Under the pieces are notes generated by a model, which saw only the letters and a program-made list of their open reading frames with translations, did no database searches and was not told the DNA's origin. This document shows, one piece after another, positions 41,769 through 50,500 of a stretch of DNA of 64,000 bases (position 1 is the first letter of the stretch; each line of letters starts with the position of its first letter). A program made the translations under genes and the position numbers. Origin of the DNA: an uncultured Clostridia bacterium (GTDB lineage Bacteria; Bacillota; Clostridia; Oscillospirales; SIG627). The stretch is from assembly GCA_947589595.1 (NCBI GenBank), contig CANQBV010000001.1, positions 67,223-131,222 of the forward strand, written 5' to 3'.

Positions 41769-42872
41769 TTGAGAGCGATTTTAAGCGGCGGCGGCACCGC
41801 GGGTCATATTAACCCCGCGCTGTCCATTGCCAAAAAGATCATGCAGAAAGAGCCGGACAGCGAGATCCTTTTTGTGGGAACACCGACCGGTATGGAAAAT
41901 CAATTGGTCGCCAAAGAGGGCTTCCCGATCCGTCACGTTGAGGTAAAAGGTTTCAAGCGGAAACTGACGCTGGAAAACGTCAAGGCGGCGTATCTTGCCG
42001 TGACCGGCGTTTCCCGCGCGAAAAAGATCCTCAAAGAATTTAAGCCCGATATCGTGATCGGCACGGGCGGATATGTCAGCTGGCCGGTGCTGCGCGCCGC
42101 CGCGAAAATGCGGATTCCCACCCTCATTCATGAACAAAACGCCATCCCCGGACTCACCACCTCGCGCCTTTCCAAGGTGGTGGATACGGTGTGTATTTCC
42201 TTTGAAGGATCCGAGGCCAATTTCCCCTGTGACAAAGAAAAACTGGTGCTCAGCGGCAACCCCGTCAATCCCGAAATCGGTAAAATCTCCCGCGAAAAAA
42301 GCCGTCGGGAATTAAAGATCACCGCGCCCTTTTTGCTTTCCTACGGCGGCAGCCTCGGCGCCAGCGTGATCAACGAAACAATTTTTGAAATCGCCAGAGA
42401 TTTTTCCGCTAAAAAGCCAATCTTTCACACCCACGCTTTCGGTGCGCGCGAATGGGAAAAGTGGCATAAAAAAGCGGAGGAAGAACGCGTGTGTCGTTTC
42501 GGCAACGTGCATTTCTGCGAGTATATTTTCGATATGCCGCGTCAAATGGCGGCGGCAGACCTTGTCATTGCCCGCGCCGGTGCGATTACGCTGGCGGAGC
42601 TGGCGCTGCTGCACAAGCCCGCGATTCTCATCCCGTCTCCCAATGTGACAAACAATCACCAGTACAAAAACGCGCTGCTGTTCCAGGAAAAGGGCGCCGC
42701 GGTGCTGATTGAGGAGAAGGATCTGACCAAAGAAAAACTGATCGAAACCATTGAAGCTCTGCTCTTTTCTCCGGATACCCTGCGCACCATGCAGCAAAAT
42801 ATGGCAAGTCTTGCCAAGCCCGGCGCCGATGAGATCATTTTCCGCGAAATTCAAAAACTGACCGGAAAATAA
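41769..42872 (+). CDS. murG: UDP-N-acetylglucosamine-N-acetylmuramyl-(pentapeptide) pyrophosphoryl-undecaprenol GlcNAc transferase MurG
   Basis: SGGGTAGHINPAL N-terminal motif. TTG start after GGGAGGGG. 367 aa. Confidence 0.95.
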   Translation: MRAILSGGGTAGHINPALSIAKKIMQKEPDSEILFVGTPTGMENQLVAKEGFPIRHVEVKGFKRKLTLENVKAAYLAVTGVSRAKKILKEFKPDIVIGTGGYVSWPVLRAAAKMRIPTLIHEQNAIPGLTTSRLSKVVDTVCISFEGSEANFPCDKEKLVLSGNPVNPEIGKISREKSRRELKITAPFLLSYGGSLGASVINETIFEIARDFSAKKPIFHTHAFGAREWEKWHKKAEEERVCRFGNVHFCEYIFDMPRQMAAADLVIARAGAITLAELALLHKPAILIPSPNVTNNHQYKNALLFQEKGAAVLIEEKDLTKEKLIETIEALLFSPDTLRTMQQNMASLAKPGADEIIFREIQKLTGK

Positions 42873-42882
42873 GGAAAAAGAA

Positions 42883-43644
42883 ATGAATGAAGAATTAGGA
42901 AGGATTCCAAAAAAACGGAAACAAAAAAAGCTTTTCCGGATAGTTTTCTTGGTACTGCTTCTTTTGGTTCTGGGGAGCGTCGTGGGAGTACTGCTTTCCG
43001 AAAACTACTTTATTGTACGCGAAGTGCAGTTCCAGGAAACCGAGCTCTATTCCTACGATACGCTTTTCGCCGCCGCCGGAGTCGAAATCGGTCGCCCCAT
43101 GGCGAAAACCTCCAAAAAAGAGATCGAAAAAAACCTGCTTGCCGCATGCGATTTCCTGACCGATATTCAGGTGGATTTCAGCTTTACCGGTACGGTTACG
43201 ATCCGCTTTACAGAATCGCTCGGCGATTTCTGTGTGCAGCTCGGCAGTGAAAACTTCGCCGTAAAAGGCGATTTGTACGTGCTTTCGCGCGGGGTAGACC
43301 CGGGCGACGGCAAACGTATTCTGCTTCTCAGCAGCGGCGTTAAAACCTGCATCGCGGGCGAGAAAATGACCTTTCTGGACGAAAGCCTGGAGGCCATGAT
43401 CCCGGAAATCATTTCCGCTTTGGAAGAAAAAGAAATGCGCGCCGACGTGCAAACGCTGGATCTGAGGGATAAATTCAATATCAGAATCCGCTATTTAGAT
43501 CGGTTCGACGTGCTTTTGGGGGAAAATGAAAATATTGCCTATAAATTAGCCATGCTGCGTCAGGTGGTGCGCAAGCTGGATCCGGACGTCACCGGCCAGA
43601 TCGATCTTGCAGACGCCAATACCGCTTACGTCAATGCACACTAA
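42883..43644 (+). CDS. ftsQ: Cell division protein FtsQ/DivIB
   Basis: Short cytoplasmic basic tail, one TM, POTRA-like region then an FtsQ-type domain. dcw position upstream of ftsZ. Confidence 0.8.
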   Translation: MNEELGRIPKKRKQKKLFRIVFLVLLLLVLGSVVGVLLSENYFIVREVQFQETELYSYDTLFAAAGVEIGRPMAKTSKKEIEKNLLAACDFLTDIQVDFSFTGTVTIRFTESLGDFCVQLGSENFAVKGDLYVLSRGVDPGDGKRILLLSSGVKTCIAGEKMTFLDESLEAMIPEIISALEEKEMRADVQTLDLRDKFNIRIRYLDRFDVLLGENENIAYKLAMLRQVVRKLDPDVTGQIDLADANTAYVNAH

Positions 43645-43707
43645 CGGCAAAAAAAGCGCTTTCTGTGGATTTTTTTCCACGAAAACACAATTTTTTTTGA
43701 AAAAGTA

Positions 43708-43736
43708 TTGCATTTGAATAAAAAAAATATTACAAT
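43708..43736 (+). promoter_or_regulatory. Candidate dedicated sigma-A promoter of ftsZ
   Basis: TTGCAT (43708-43713), 17-nt spacer, TACAAT (43731-43736), in the 165-nt AT-rich gap between ftsQ and ftsZ. Confidence 0.65.
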
Positions 43737-43809
43737 ATGTATTAAGAGTAGGAAACTCTGCAAAATTTGCGGAATTGCATAGAATGATAAATTTCAGGAG
43801 GATTTTGAA

Positions 43810-44958
43810 ATGCCTTACCAAGCAGAAGAAGGCTACGAAAGCGTAGTGAATATTAAAGTCGTAGGTGTCGGCGGCGGCGGCAACAACACCGTAAACCGCA
43901 TGATCGCCTCGAATGTTAGAGGAGTGGAATTTATCGCTCTGAATACCGACCGCATGACTCTTGCTCACACCAAGGCTCCCACCGTGATCGCCATTGGCGA
44001 AAAAACCACCAAGGGCAAGGGCGCCGGCGCGAATCCTCTGGTAGGCAAGCAGGCGGCGGAAGAATCGACGGAAGAAATCACCGAAGCGCTCAAGGGAGCC
44101 GATATGGTGTTTATCACGGCCGGCATGGGCGGCGGTACGGGTACCGGCGCGACCCCCATTGTGGCGAAAATTGCCAAAGACATGGGCATTCTCACGATCG
44201 GTATCGTGACGAAACCCTTTGCCTTTGAGGGGAAAAAGAGAATGGATCAGGCGGAGGAAGGCATCAAAGCCCTTTCCGAATTTGTGGATTCCCTGGTCGT
44301 GATCCCCAACGAAAGACTCAAAATGGTCTCTGAAAAGAAGATCACCCTCATGAACGCTTTCGAAATTGCCGATTCCGTACTTTCCAATGGCGTACAGTCC
44401 ATTTCCGAACTGATCAATATCCCCGGTATCATCAACCTCGACTTTGCAGACGTGACCACGATCATGAAAGACGCCGGCATTGCCCACATGGGCGTCGGCA
44501 GCGCCAAAGGTCAGGGAAAAGCTGAAATCGCGGCCAAAATGGCGATTTCCAGCCCGCTTCTGGAAACCAGCATCGCCGGTGCGCGCGGTATTATTCTGAA
44601 CGTGACCGGTTCCTCGGATATCGGTTTTGAAGAAGTGGAGCAGGCCGCCAGTATGATCCAGCAGGAAGGTCATCCCGAAGCCAATATCATTTGGGGCGCC
44701 GCGTTTGACGACAGCCTGGAAGACGAAATCCGCGTGACCGTGGTTGCCACCGGTTTCGATTCCAAGCCCGAAACCGCCAAAGAAGACGCGAAAAAGACCG
44801 CTTCTATTGAAGACGATCTCAGCATCATCACCGATCATAAGCCCTCGGACGCTGCCAAGCGCAAGGAGCTTGAGGAGCTGGTGCAGGATGAGGACAGACT
44901 CGACGATCTGATCAGCATTCTTTCCAACAATCGCAAGAAAACCTATTTCGAAGACTAA
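43810..44958 (+). CDS. ftsZ: Cell division GTPase FtsZ
   Basis: Tubulin signature GGGTGTGA, 382 aa, conserved C-terminal peptide region. AGGAGG RBS. Confidence 0.98.
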   Translation: MPYQAEEGYESVVNIKVVGVGGGGNNTVNRMIASNVRGVEFIALNTDRMTLAHTKAPTVIAIGEKTTKGKGAGANPLVGKQAAEESTEEITEALKGADMVFITAGMGGGTGTGATPIVAKIAKDMGILTIGIVTKPFAFEGKKRMDQAEEGIKALSEFVDSLVVIPNERLKMVSEKKITLMNAFEIADSVLSNGVQSISELINIPGIINLDFADVTTIMKDAGIAHMGVGSAKGQGKAEIAAKMAISSPLLETSIAGARGIILNVTGSSDIGFEEVEQAASMIQQEGHPEANIIWGAAFDDSLEDEIRVTVVATGFDSKPETAKEDAKKTASIEDDLSIITDHKPSDAAKRKELEELVQDEDRLDDLISILSNNRKKTYFED

Positions 44959-44973
44959 AATAAAAAAGAAATG

Positions 44974-45006
44974 AAGGGGCAATGGTTTCATTGCCCCTTT
45001 TCTTTT
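44974..45006 (+). terminator. Rho-independent terminator after ftsZ
   Basis: Stem AAGGGGCAATG (44974-44984) / CATTGCCCCTT (44989-44999) with a 4-nt loop, followed by a T-rich tract. Confidence 0.85.
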
Positions 45007-45015
45007 AGGAGAGCT

Positions 45016-45918
45016 ATGGCAAAGAAGCATGCATTTTTGATCACAGCGCACCATCAACCAGAGCTTTTGCAAAAGCTTCTTTCCGCGCTGGACCATGAAA
45101 GAGTGGATTTTTACCTGCATTGGGATAAAAAATCGCCGCTTTCCGCCGTCGATCACCGTGCGCTGCAAAGCGCCGTTCAGCACGGGAAACTGGTTTTCAC
45201 GCCATCCATTTCCGTCAACTGGGGCGGCTACAGCCAAATCCGCTGCGAACTTTTGCTGTGGAAAACGGCGCTGCAGAGCGGGGAAGACTATGCGCACCTG
45301 CATCTGATCTCCGGGGCGGATTTCCCACTGAAAAATGTGGAAGAGATCCTCGCGTTTTTTGATGCGCACCCCGATCGGGAATTTGTGCATTTTTCCACGC
45401 GGGCGCTTCAGCCGGCGTTTACCGAACGTTTTACGGTCTTTCACCCGTTCCAGGAGAAAATGAAGAAAAACTCGCTGCTGGAAAAGCTGGAATGGCGCCT
45501 TGTGAAGTGGCAGAAAACAGGCGGCGTGCATCGCAACCGCAAAGAAAAACTCCCCTTTGCCAAAGGGGCAAATTGGTGCAGCATCACCCCGGCCTTTGCC
45601 GCCTATTTGGTGCAGAACGAAAAACGCATTCGGCGGATCTTTTCCTTCTCGCGCTGCTGCGACGAGATTTTTGTGCAAACCTTTCTTTTAGCCTCTCCCT
45701 TTGCCGAAAATCTCTATATGCCTACTTTTGCCGATGATTACCGCTCCATTTTGCGCTATATCGACTGGAAGCGCGGCGAGCCCTATGTTTTCCGCGAAGC
45801 GGATTTTGAAGAGCTGATCTCCTGCGGCTTCCTTTTTGCCCGTAAATTCGATATTCGCCTCGACTCTGCCATCATCGACCGCCTGTACCGTTTTGTTAAA
45901 CGTGAGGAAGAAAAATAA
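45016..45918 (+). CDS. Glycosyltransferase family 14 (core-2/I-branching beta-1,6-GlcNAc-transferase-like)
   Basis: FLITAHHQPELL N-terminus, NWGGYS, ISGADFPLK, GANWCSIT, DEIFVQT and FARKF segments match my recollection of the Branch/GT14 fold. ATG at 45016 lies after the ftsZ terminator. The track start at 44971 lies inside the terminator stem. Confidence 0.8.
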   Translation: MAKKHAFLITAHHQPELLQKLLSALDHERVDFYLHWDKKSPLSAVDHRALQSAVQHGKLVFTPSISVNWGGYSQIRCELLLWKTALQSGEDYAHLHLISGADFPLKNVEEILAFFDAHPDREFVHFSTRALQPAFTERFTVFHPFQEKMKKNSLLEKLEWRLVKWQKTGGVHRNRKEKLPFAKGANWCSITPAFAAYLVQNEKRIRRIFSFSRCCDEIFVQTFLLASPFAENLYMPTFADDYRSILRYIDWKRGEPYVFREADFEELISCGFLFARKFDIRLDSAIIDRLYRFVKREEEK

Positions 45919-45953
45919 ATAGAAAGCAGGACTTGGGGCGGCGCCCCAAAAAG

Positions 45954-45981
45954 AAAAGAGCGGCTATGCCGCTCTTTTTTA
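45954..45981. terminator. Bidirectional rho-independent terminator between the GT14 gene and convergent rsgA
   Basis: Stem GAGCGGC (45958-45964) / GCCGCTC (45968-45974) with a 3-nt loop. AAAA upstream and T6 downstream. A second GC hairpin (TTGGGGC/GCCCCAA) sits at 45933-45949. Confidence 0.8.
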
Positions 45982-46944
45982 TCGGTGCGTACTTTTTTTC
46001 TCCCAGGAATTTTGGCTTTTTAGCTCGCTGTAGATCTGGCAGTAGCTTTCATGCCGCGAGGAGGGAATGACGCCGCTTTGTACGGCTGCCAGAATCTTGC
46101 AGCCTTCTTCTGTAGTGTGGCTGCACTTGGTGTATTTGCAGGCGCCCAGATACGGCTCAAATTCCGGGAACGCAAAAGGCAGGTCTTCCTTTTCCATAAA
46201 AAAGAAACGCTGAAAATCCAAAAGGGAAAAGCCGGGCGTATCCGCAATATAGGTTTTTTCCGGAACTCCCAGAGAAGCGGAAATATCAAATAAAAGGCTC
46301 TGACGGGTGGTGTGCTTCCCACGGGCGGTTTTTTGGCTGATCGAGCCGGTTTCCACCGCGAGCTCGGGGAACAGCGCATTCAAAAGGGTGGATTTTCCCA
46401 CGCCGCTCGCGCCCGTGAAAGCGCAGAGCGAGCCTTTTTGAATGCAGGGCAGGAGCTTTTTCCGGGTCGCTTCCGGATCGCTGAAATCGGTGCTGAAAGC
46501 AGGAAAGCCCACTTTGCGGTAAATCGAAACAATTTCCCCGGCCTTTTCGGGGTCAAGCTTGCTTTTGTTGCAGACTACGACTACGCGGATCTTGTTGTGG
46601 CATGCAATGGCGCACAGCTTATCCAGCGTAAAAAGCGAGGGCAGCGGATCTTTGACCGCCAGTACCAAAAAGAGCAGATCCAGGTTGGCAAGCGGCGGGC
46701 GGATCAGATGGTTTTTGCGAGGCAGAACCTTGCAGATTTTCCCGTATTCCTCCCGCTTGACGTGAGCCTTGCGGCTTTCGACCGCGCACCCTTCGGCTTC
46801 TTCAAACTCCACGAAATCCCCGGCAACCGGGGTAGTCGTACCGATGCGGAAGTTTCCTTTGGCATAGCAGAGAAAGCGTCCGCGAGCGTTTTCCACGGTG
46901 TAAAGCCCGCCCACGCAGGAGAGGATCCTGCCGGTTTGCAGCAT
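45979..46944 (-). CDS. rsgA: Ribosome small-subunit biogenesis GTPase RsgA (YjeQ)
   Basis: Circularly permuted GTPase with GASGVGKSTLLN and a C-terminal Zn knuckle CKYTKCSHTTEEGC. Confidence 0.95.
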   Translation of the reverse strand: MLQTGRILSCVGGLYTVENARGRFLCYAKGNFRIGTTTPVAGDFVEFEEAEGCAVESRKAHVKREEYGKICKVLPRKNHLIRPPLANLDLLFLVLAVKDPLPSLFTLDKLCAIACHNKIRVVVVCNKSKLDPEKAGEIVSIYRKVGFPAFSTDFSDPEATRKKLLPCIQKGSLCAFTGASGVGKSTLLNALFPELAVETGSISQKTARGKHTTRQSLLFDISASLGVPEKTYIADTPGFSLLDFQRFFFMEKEDLPFAFPEFEPYLGACKYTKCSHTTEEGCKILAAVQSGVIPSSRHESYCQIYSELKSQNSWEKKSTHR

Positions 46945-48648
46945 CTATCGCGCTCCTAAACTGACGACCAAATCCACTGCCGTGTATTTCTGTGCTGTGG
47001 ATTGGCCGGGCTCAACGCTCTGCCGGATCACACAGCCCTCCGGCACGGTATCGGAAAATTCTTTGGTGATACTGCCCACGATAAAGTTGGCGTTTGCCAG
47101 GTTTCGTTTGGCTTCCGCCACGGGAATGCCGCGAACGTCGATCATTTTGGAATACGTGGTTTCCTTGCCCTTGGAAACGGTCAGGGTCACCGTATCGCCG
47201 TTTTTCACGGTTTCGCCGGCGGCGGGCGAGGTCTTGATCACATAGCCGGCAATAACGGTATCGTGAAAGACTTCTTCAAAGTTTACGGTTACGCCCTGTT
47301 TTTCCAGCTCAATTTTGACGTTGCGGTATTCCTGATTGGCAAAATCCGAAAGAACAAAGCTGGATTTGCCCAGAGAAACCTGAATTTCCACATCAATGTA
47401 TTTATCTTTGGAAGCGACCTTTCGGGTCTGGCCGCTTTCAGGATTCTGGAAAGAAATCTGACCGTTGGCGTAGGTGTCGTTATTCACCATGGTGACATTT
47501 AGGCGAATATTCTGCGCCTTCAGCTGCGCTGCCAGTTCTTCGGAATATTCTTCTCCGATCAGCTGTGGAATTTCGACCACCAGGGTGTTATCCACACTTG
47601 CCATATTCAATAGAGACGACAGTAAAATCAGTCCCCCGACCGCCATTACCAATAGGAAAGCGGTGGTCACGCCGAGAATGATCGGAAACATGGTTTTGGG
47701 AGAGCGATCGCGCACGGGGGCCGTCTCTTCGTTTTTGGCTTCCGGTGATTTCCCGGTCGGGAGCGCTGCGCCCTGCGTTTTGGTTTCCTCAAAGACTACG
47801 GTTTTATCTTTTTTTATGATCTCCAGGGCGCGCAGCATGCTTCTTGCAGAACGGAACCGCGCTTCCGGAGATTTGCTCATGGCTTTGAGAATGATCTGTT
47901 CCAGTCCCTGCGGAATTTTCGGATTCAGCTTTCTCGGGCGGACGGGTTCGTTGTTGACCTGCATCATGGCGATCGCCAGCGGCGTATCTGCCTCAAAGGG
48001 CAGGTGGCCGGTGGTCATTTCATACAGCATGACCCCCACTGAATACAGATCGGAGGAAAAGGTGGTGGTATGGCCGCTTGCCTGCTCAGGGGAAATGTAG
48101 TACACCGTTCCCATGGCCACACCGTTGGCGGTAGTCGGATTGGTACTGATCTGAGCGATCCCGAAATCCGTTACCTTCAGCTTGCCGTTGGCCTGCACCA
48201 TAATGTTCTGCGGTTTGATATCGCGGTGCACGACGCCTTTTTCATGTGCGTGCTGCAGGGCGGAAAGGATCTGCATGGCAAAATCGATCGCACGGTCGAT
48301 CCCCAAAGGCGCATAGCGCTTCATATAGTCGCGCAGGGTAATGCCGTCGATATATTCCATGACAATATATTTGGTTTTTCCCGTAAACGCCACGTCGTAA
48401 ATATCCACAATGTGCTCGTTGGAAAGGAGCGCAATGGCTTTGGATTCGTTTACAAAACGACGGATGGCACTGTTGTCGTTGCTGTATTTTTCATTCAGCA
48501 TTTTGATCGCCACGGTGCGGTTTTTCACAAGGTCGCGCGCTTGAAGCACCACTGCCATGCCGCCGACGCCTTTTTCTTTAATTACTTCGTACCGATCGTC
48601 GATCACTTTGCCGATCAGTTTAGAATATTTTCCTTGAGAAGCGTCCAT
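46945..48648 (-). CDS. prkC: Ser/Thr protein kinase PrkC with three extracellular PASTA domains
   Basis: Hanks kinase motifs HRDIKPQN and DFG, one TM, three PASTA-like repeats. The stop abuts the rsgA start (0-nt gap). Confidence 0.95.
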   Translation of the reverse strand: MDASQGKYSKLIGKVIDDRYEVIKEKGVGGMAVVLQARDLVKNRTVAIKMLNEKYSNDNSAIRRFVNESKAIALLSNEHIVDIYDVAFTGKTKYIVMEYIDGITLRDYMKRYAPLGIDRAIDFAMQILSALQHAHEKGVVHRDIKPQNIMVQANGKLKVTDFGIAQISTNPTTANGVAMGTVYYISPEQASGHTTTFSSDLYSVGVMLYEMTTGHLPFEADTPLAIAMMQVNNEPVRPRKLNPKIPQGLEQIILKAMSKSPEARFRSARSMLRALEIIKKDKTVVFEETKTQGAALPTGKSPEAKNEETAPVRDRSPKTMFPIILGVTTAFLLVMAVGGLILLSSLLNMASVDNTLVVEIPQLIGEEYSEELAAQLKAQNIRLNVTMVNNDTYANGQISFQNPESGQTRKVASKDKYIDVEIQVSLGKSSFVLSDFANQEYRNVKIELEKQGVTVNFEEVFHDTVIAGYVIKTSPAAGETVKNGDTVTLTVSKGKETTYSKMIDVRGIPVAEAKRNLANANFIVGSITKEFSDTVPEGCVIRQSVEPGQSTAQKYTAVDLVVSLGAR

Positions 48649-48660
48649 ATTTTCACTCCT

Positions 48661-49440
48661 TTACAATTGGATGACGACCGCAGTGATATTGTCCACACCG
48701 CCGCAGTCATTGGCATAATCAATGAGAAGCCTTGTTTTTTCCTCGCAGCTTTGTTCGCTTTCCAGTGTAGAGAGGAAAAATTCTTCATCGTAATAATTGG
48801 AAAGTCCGTCGCTGCACAGCAGCAAAATCCCCTCGGTGAGGGGGTAGGTTGTAATATCGGCGCTGACTCTTTCGTCCACCCCCAGTGCCCGCAGAATGAT
48901 ATTGCGGTTCGGGTGGTTTTGCGCTTCCTGCGGGGTGATCTTGCCTTCGTCTACCAGGTTCTGCACCAGGGAATGATCCTTTGTAAGCTGACGGATTTTC
49001 CCGGCGTGAGCATAGTAAATACGGCTGTCGCCGATATTGGCGATCACCACCGAGCACGGGGTCACAATGCAGGAGGTCAGCGTCGTGCCCATACCGGAAA
49101 GCCGCGGATCACTTTCGGCGGCGGAAAACACCTCGGCGTTGGCAACGTCGACTGATTTATTGATGAAATCGTAAAGCCGGATCTCCGGAAACTCTTCACA
49201 CGGAGTTCCGAATTCGGGAATATCGCCCAAAAAGACAAAGCTTAAGGCGGACTTGATATATTTGGTCAGCTTTTTGGTATAAACCTCCACGGAAAGGGAG
49301 CTGGCAACGTTGCCGCCGTTGGCGCCGCCCATACCGTCGCACACGGTTGCGATCAGCAAATTGCCTGCGATCTTGATCTGAAAGGCGTCCTGATTGGTTC
49401 CTCTGCGTTTGCCGCGATCGGTAGCACCGAAATACTGCAT
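48661..49440 (-). CDS. stp: PP2C-family Ser/Thr phosphatase (Stp/PrpC)
   Basis: GATDRGKRRGTNQDAF and DGMGG motifs. ATG at 49440 follows AAGGAGAAAG. The track extension to 49509 overlaps the rlmN end. Confidence 0.93.
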   Translation of the reverse strand: MQYFGATDRGKRRGTNQDAFQIKIAGNLLIATVCDGMGGANGGNVASSLSVEVYTKKLTKYIKSALSFVFLGDIPEFGTPCEEFPEIRLYDFINKSVDVANAEVFSAAESDPRLSGMGTTLTSCIVTPCSVVIANIGDSRIYYAHAGKIRQLTKDHSLVQNLVDEGKITPQEAQNHPNRNIILRALGVDERVSADITTYPLTEGILLLCSDGLSNYYDEEFFLSTLESEQSCEEKTRLLIDYANDCGGVDNITAVVIQL

Positions 49441-49450
49441 GGCTTTCTCC

Positions 49451-50500
49451 TTATTCTGCAAGTTTTTCGCGGCGCAGTTGGCCGCAGGCAGCGGAAATAT
49501 CCGCGCCAAGTGTTCTCCGCAGGGTTGCCCGAACCCCTTCTTTTTCCAAAATGCGGATCCATTCCTGCAAATTCTTTTTGCTGCCGGGACGAAAATCGGT
49601 TTCGCGCGTGGGGTTCACCGGAATGAGATTGACGTGGTTGAGCCAGCCCTTCATTAACATTGCCAGCTCTTTGGCGTTCTGCGCGGAATCGTTGACGCCG
49701 GCGATCAGCGTATATTCAAACGAAATCCGCCTGCCGGTGATTTTTGTGTAGTCCTTTGCCGCCTGCATCAGCTGCGGCAGCGGATATTTTCGGTTCACGG
49801 GCATCAGCGCCGAGCGCGTAGCGTCGTTGGAAGCGTGGAGCGAGATCGAGAGCGTGATCGGCATATCTTCCTTTGCCAGGTCGTAGATCCTGTCTACCAG
49901 TCCGCAGGTAGAGAGGGAGACGTTGCGAAACCCGATCCCGAACCCTTCCTTGCGGTTTACAAGGCGCAAAAAGCGGATCACATTTTCATAATTATCCAGC
50001 GGTTCGCCAATCCCCATCAGCACCACATGGCTGATCCGGAAATCGGGGTCTTCTTTTTTTCTGTCCCGCGTGATCCAGTCCATCTGGTTCAAAATTTCCG
50101 AGGGCTTCAAATGCCGCGAAAAACCGGCTTTGGTGGAGGCGCAGAACGCACAGCCCATTTTGCAGCCCACCTGCGTGGAAAGACAAACGCTGTAGCCGTG
50201 TTTGTAGGAAAGCAGAACGCTTTCCACATATTCGCCGTCCGAAAGCGTGAAAAGATATTTTTTGGTTTCATCAAGCCGGGAAGAAAGCCTTTCGGCGCCG
50301 CGCATTTTTTCAATATAGAACAGGGCGCCAAGTCGGGCGCGCAGTTCTTTGGAGAGGTTTGTCATTTCCTCAAAGGAATCTGCGCCTTTGTACAGCCAGG
50401 AAAAGATCTGCCCGGCACGGTAGCCTTCAATGCCTTCCCGAACAAGAATTTCTTTGATCTCCTCGGGAAAGAGGGATTTAATATCGATCAAGTTTTCCAT
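49451..50500 (-). CDS. rlmN: 23S rRNA/tRNA (adenine-C2)-methyltransferase RlmN (radical SAM)
   Basis: CKMGCAFC radical-SAM motif, 349 aa. Conserved position between rsmB and stp. Confidence 0.95.
   Translation of the reverse strand: MENLIDIKSLFPEEIKEILVREGIEGYRAGQIFSWLYKGADSFEEMTNLSKELRARLGALFYIEKMRGAERLSSRLDETKKYLFTLSDGEYVESVLLSYKHGYSVCLSTQVGCKMGCAFCASTKAGFSRHLKPSEILNQMDWITRDRKKEDPDFRISHVVLMGIGEPLDNYENVIRFLRLVNRKEGFGIGFRNVSLSTCGLVDRIYDLAKEDMPITLSISLHASNDATRSALMPVNRKYPLPQLMQAAKDYTKITGRRISFEYTLIAGVNDSAQNAKELAMLMKGWLNHVNLIPVNPTRETDFRPGSKKNLQEWIRILEKEGVRATLRRTLGADISAACGQLRREKLAE

Noticed and set aside
43650-43700. Small palindromes after ftsQ (AAAGCGCTTT and GTGGAtttttttCCAC)
   Set aside because: The stems are only 4-5 bp, too weak for a confident terminator call, and there are no flanking features to suggest a binding site.
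43546-45678. 710-aa minus-strand ORF spanning ftsZ, its terminator and the GT14 gene
   Set aside because: It is in the codon-aligned antisense frame of both sense genes (all coordinates are 1 mod 3). The product is low-complexity with no recognisable motif, and it runs straight through a strong terminator hairpin. The sense genes (FtsZ, GT14) are unambiguous. It is a shadow ORF caused by avoidance of TTA/CTA/TCA codons.
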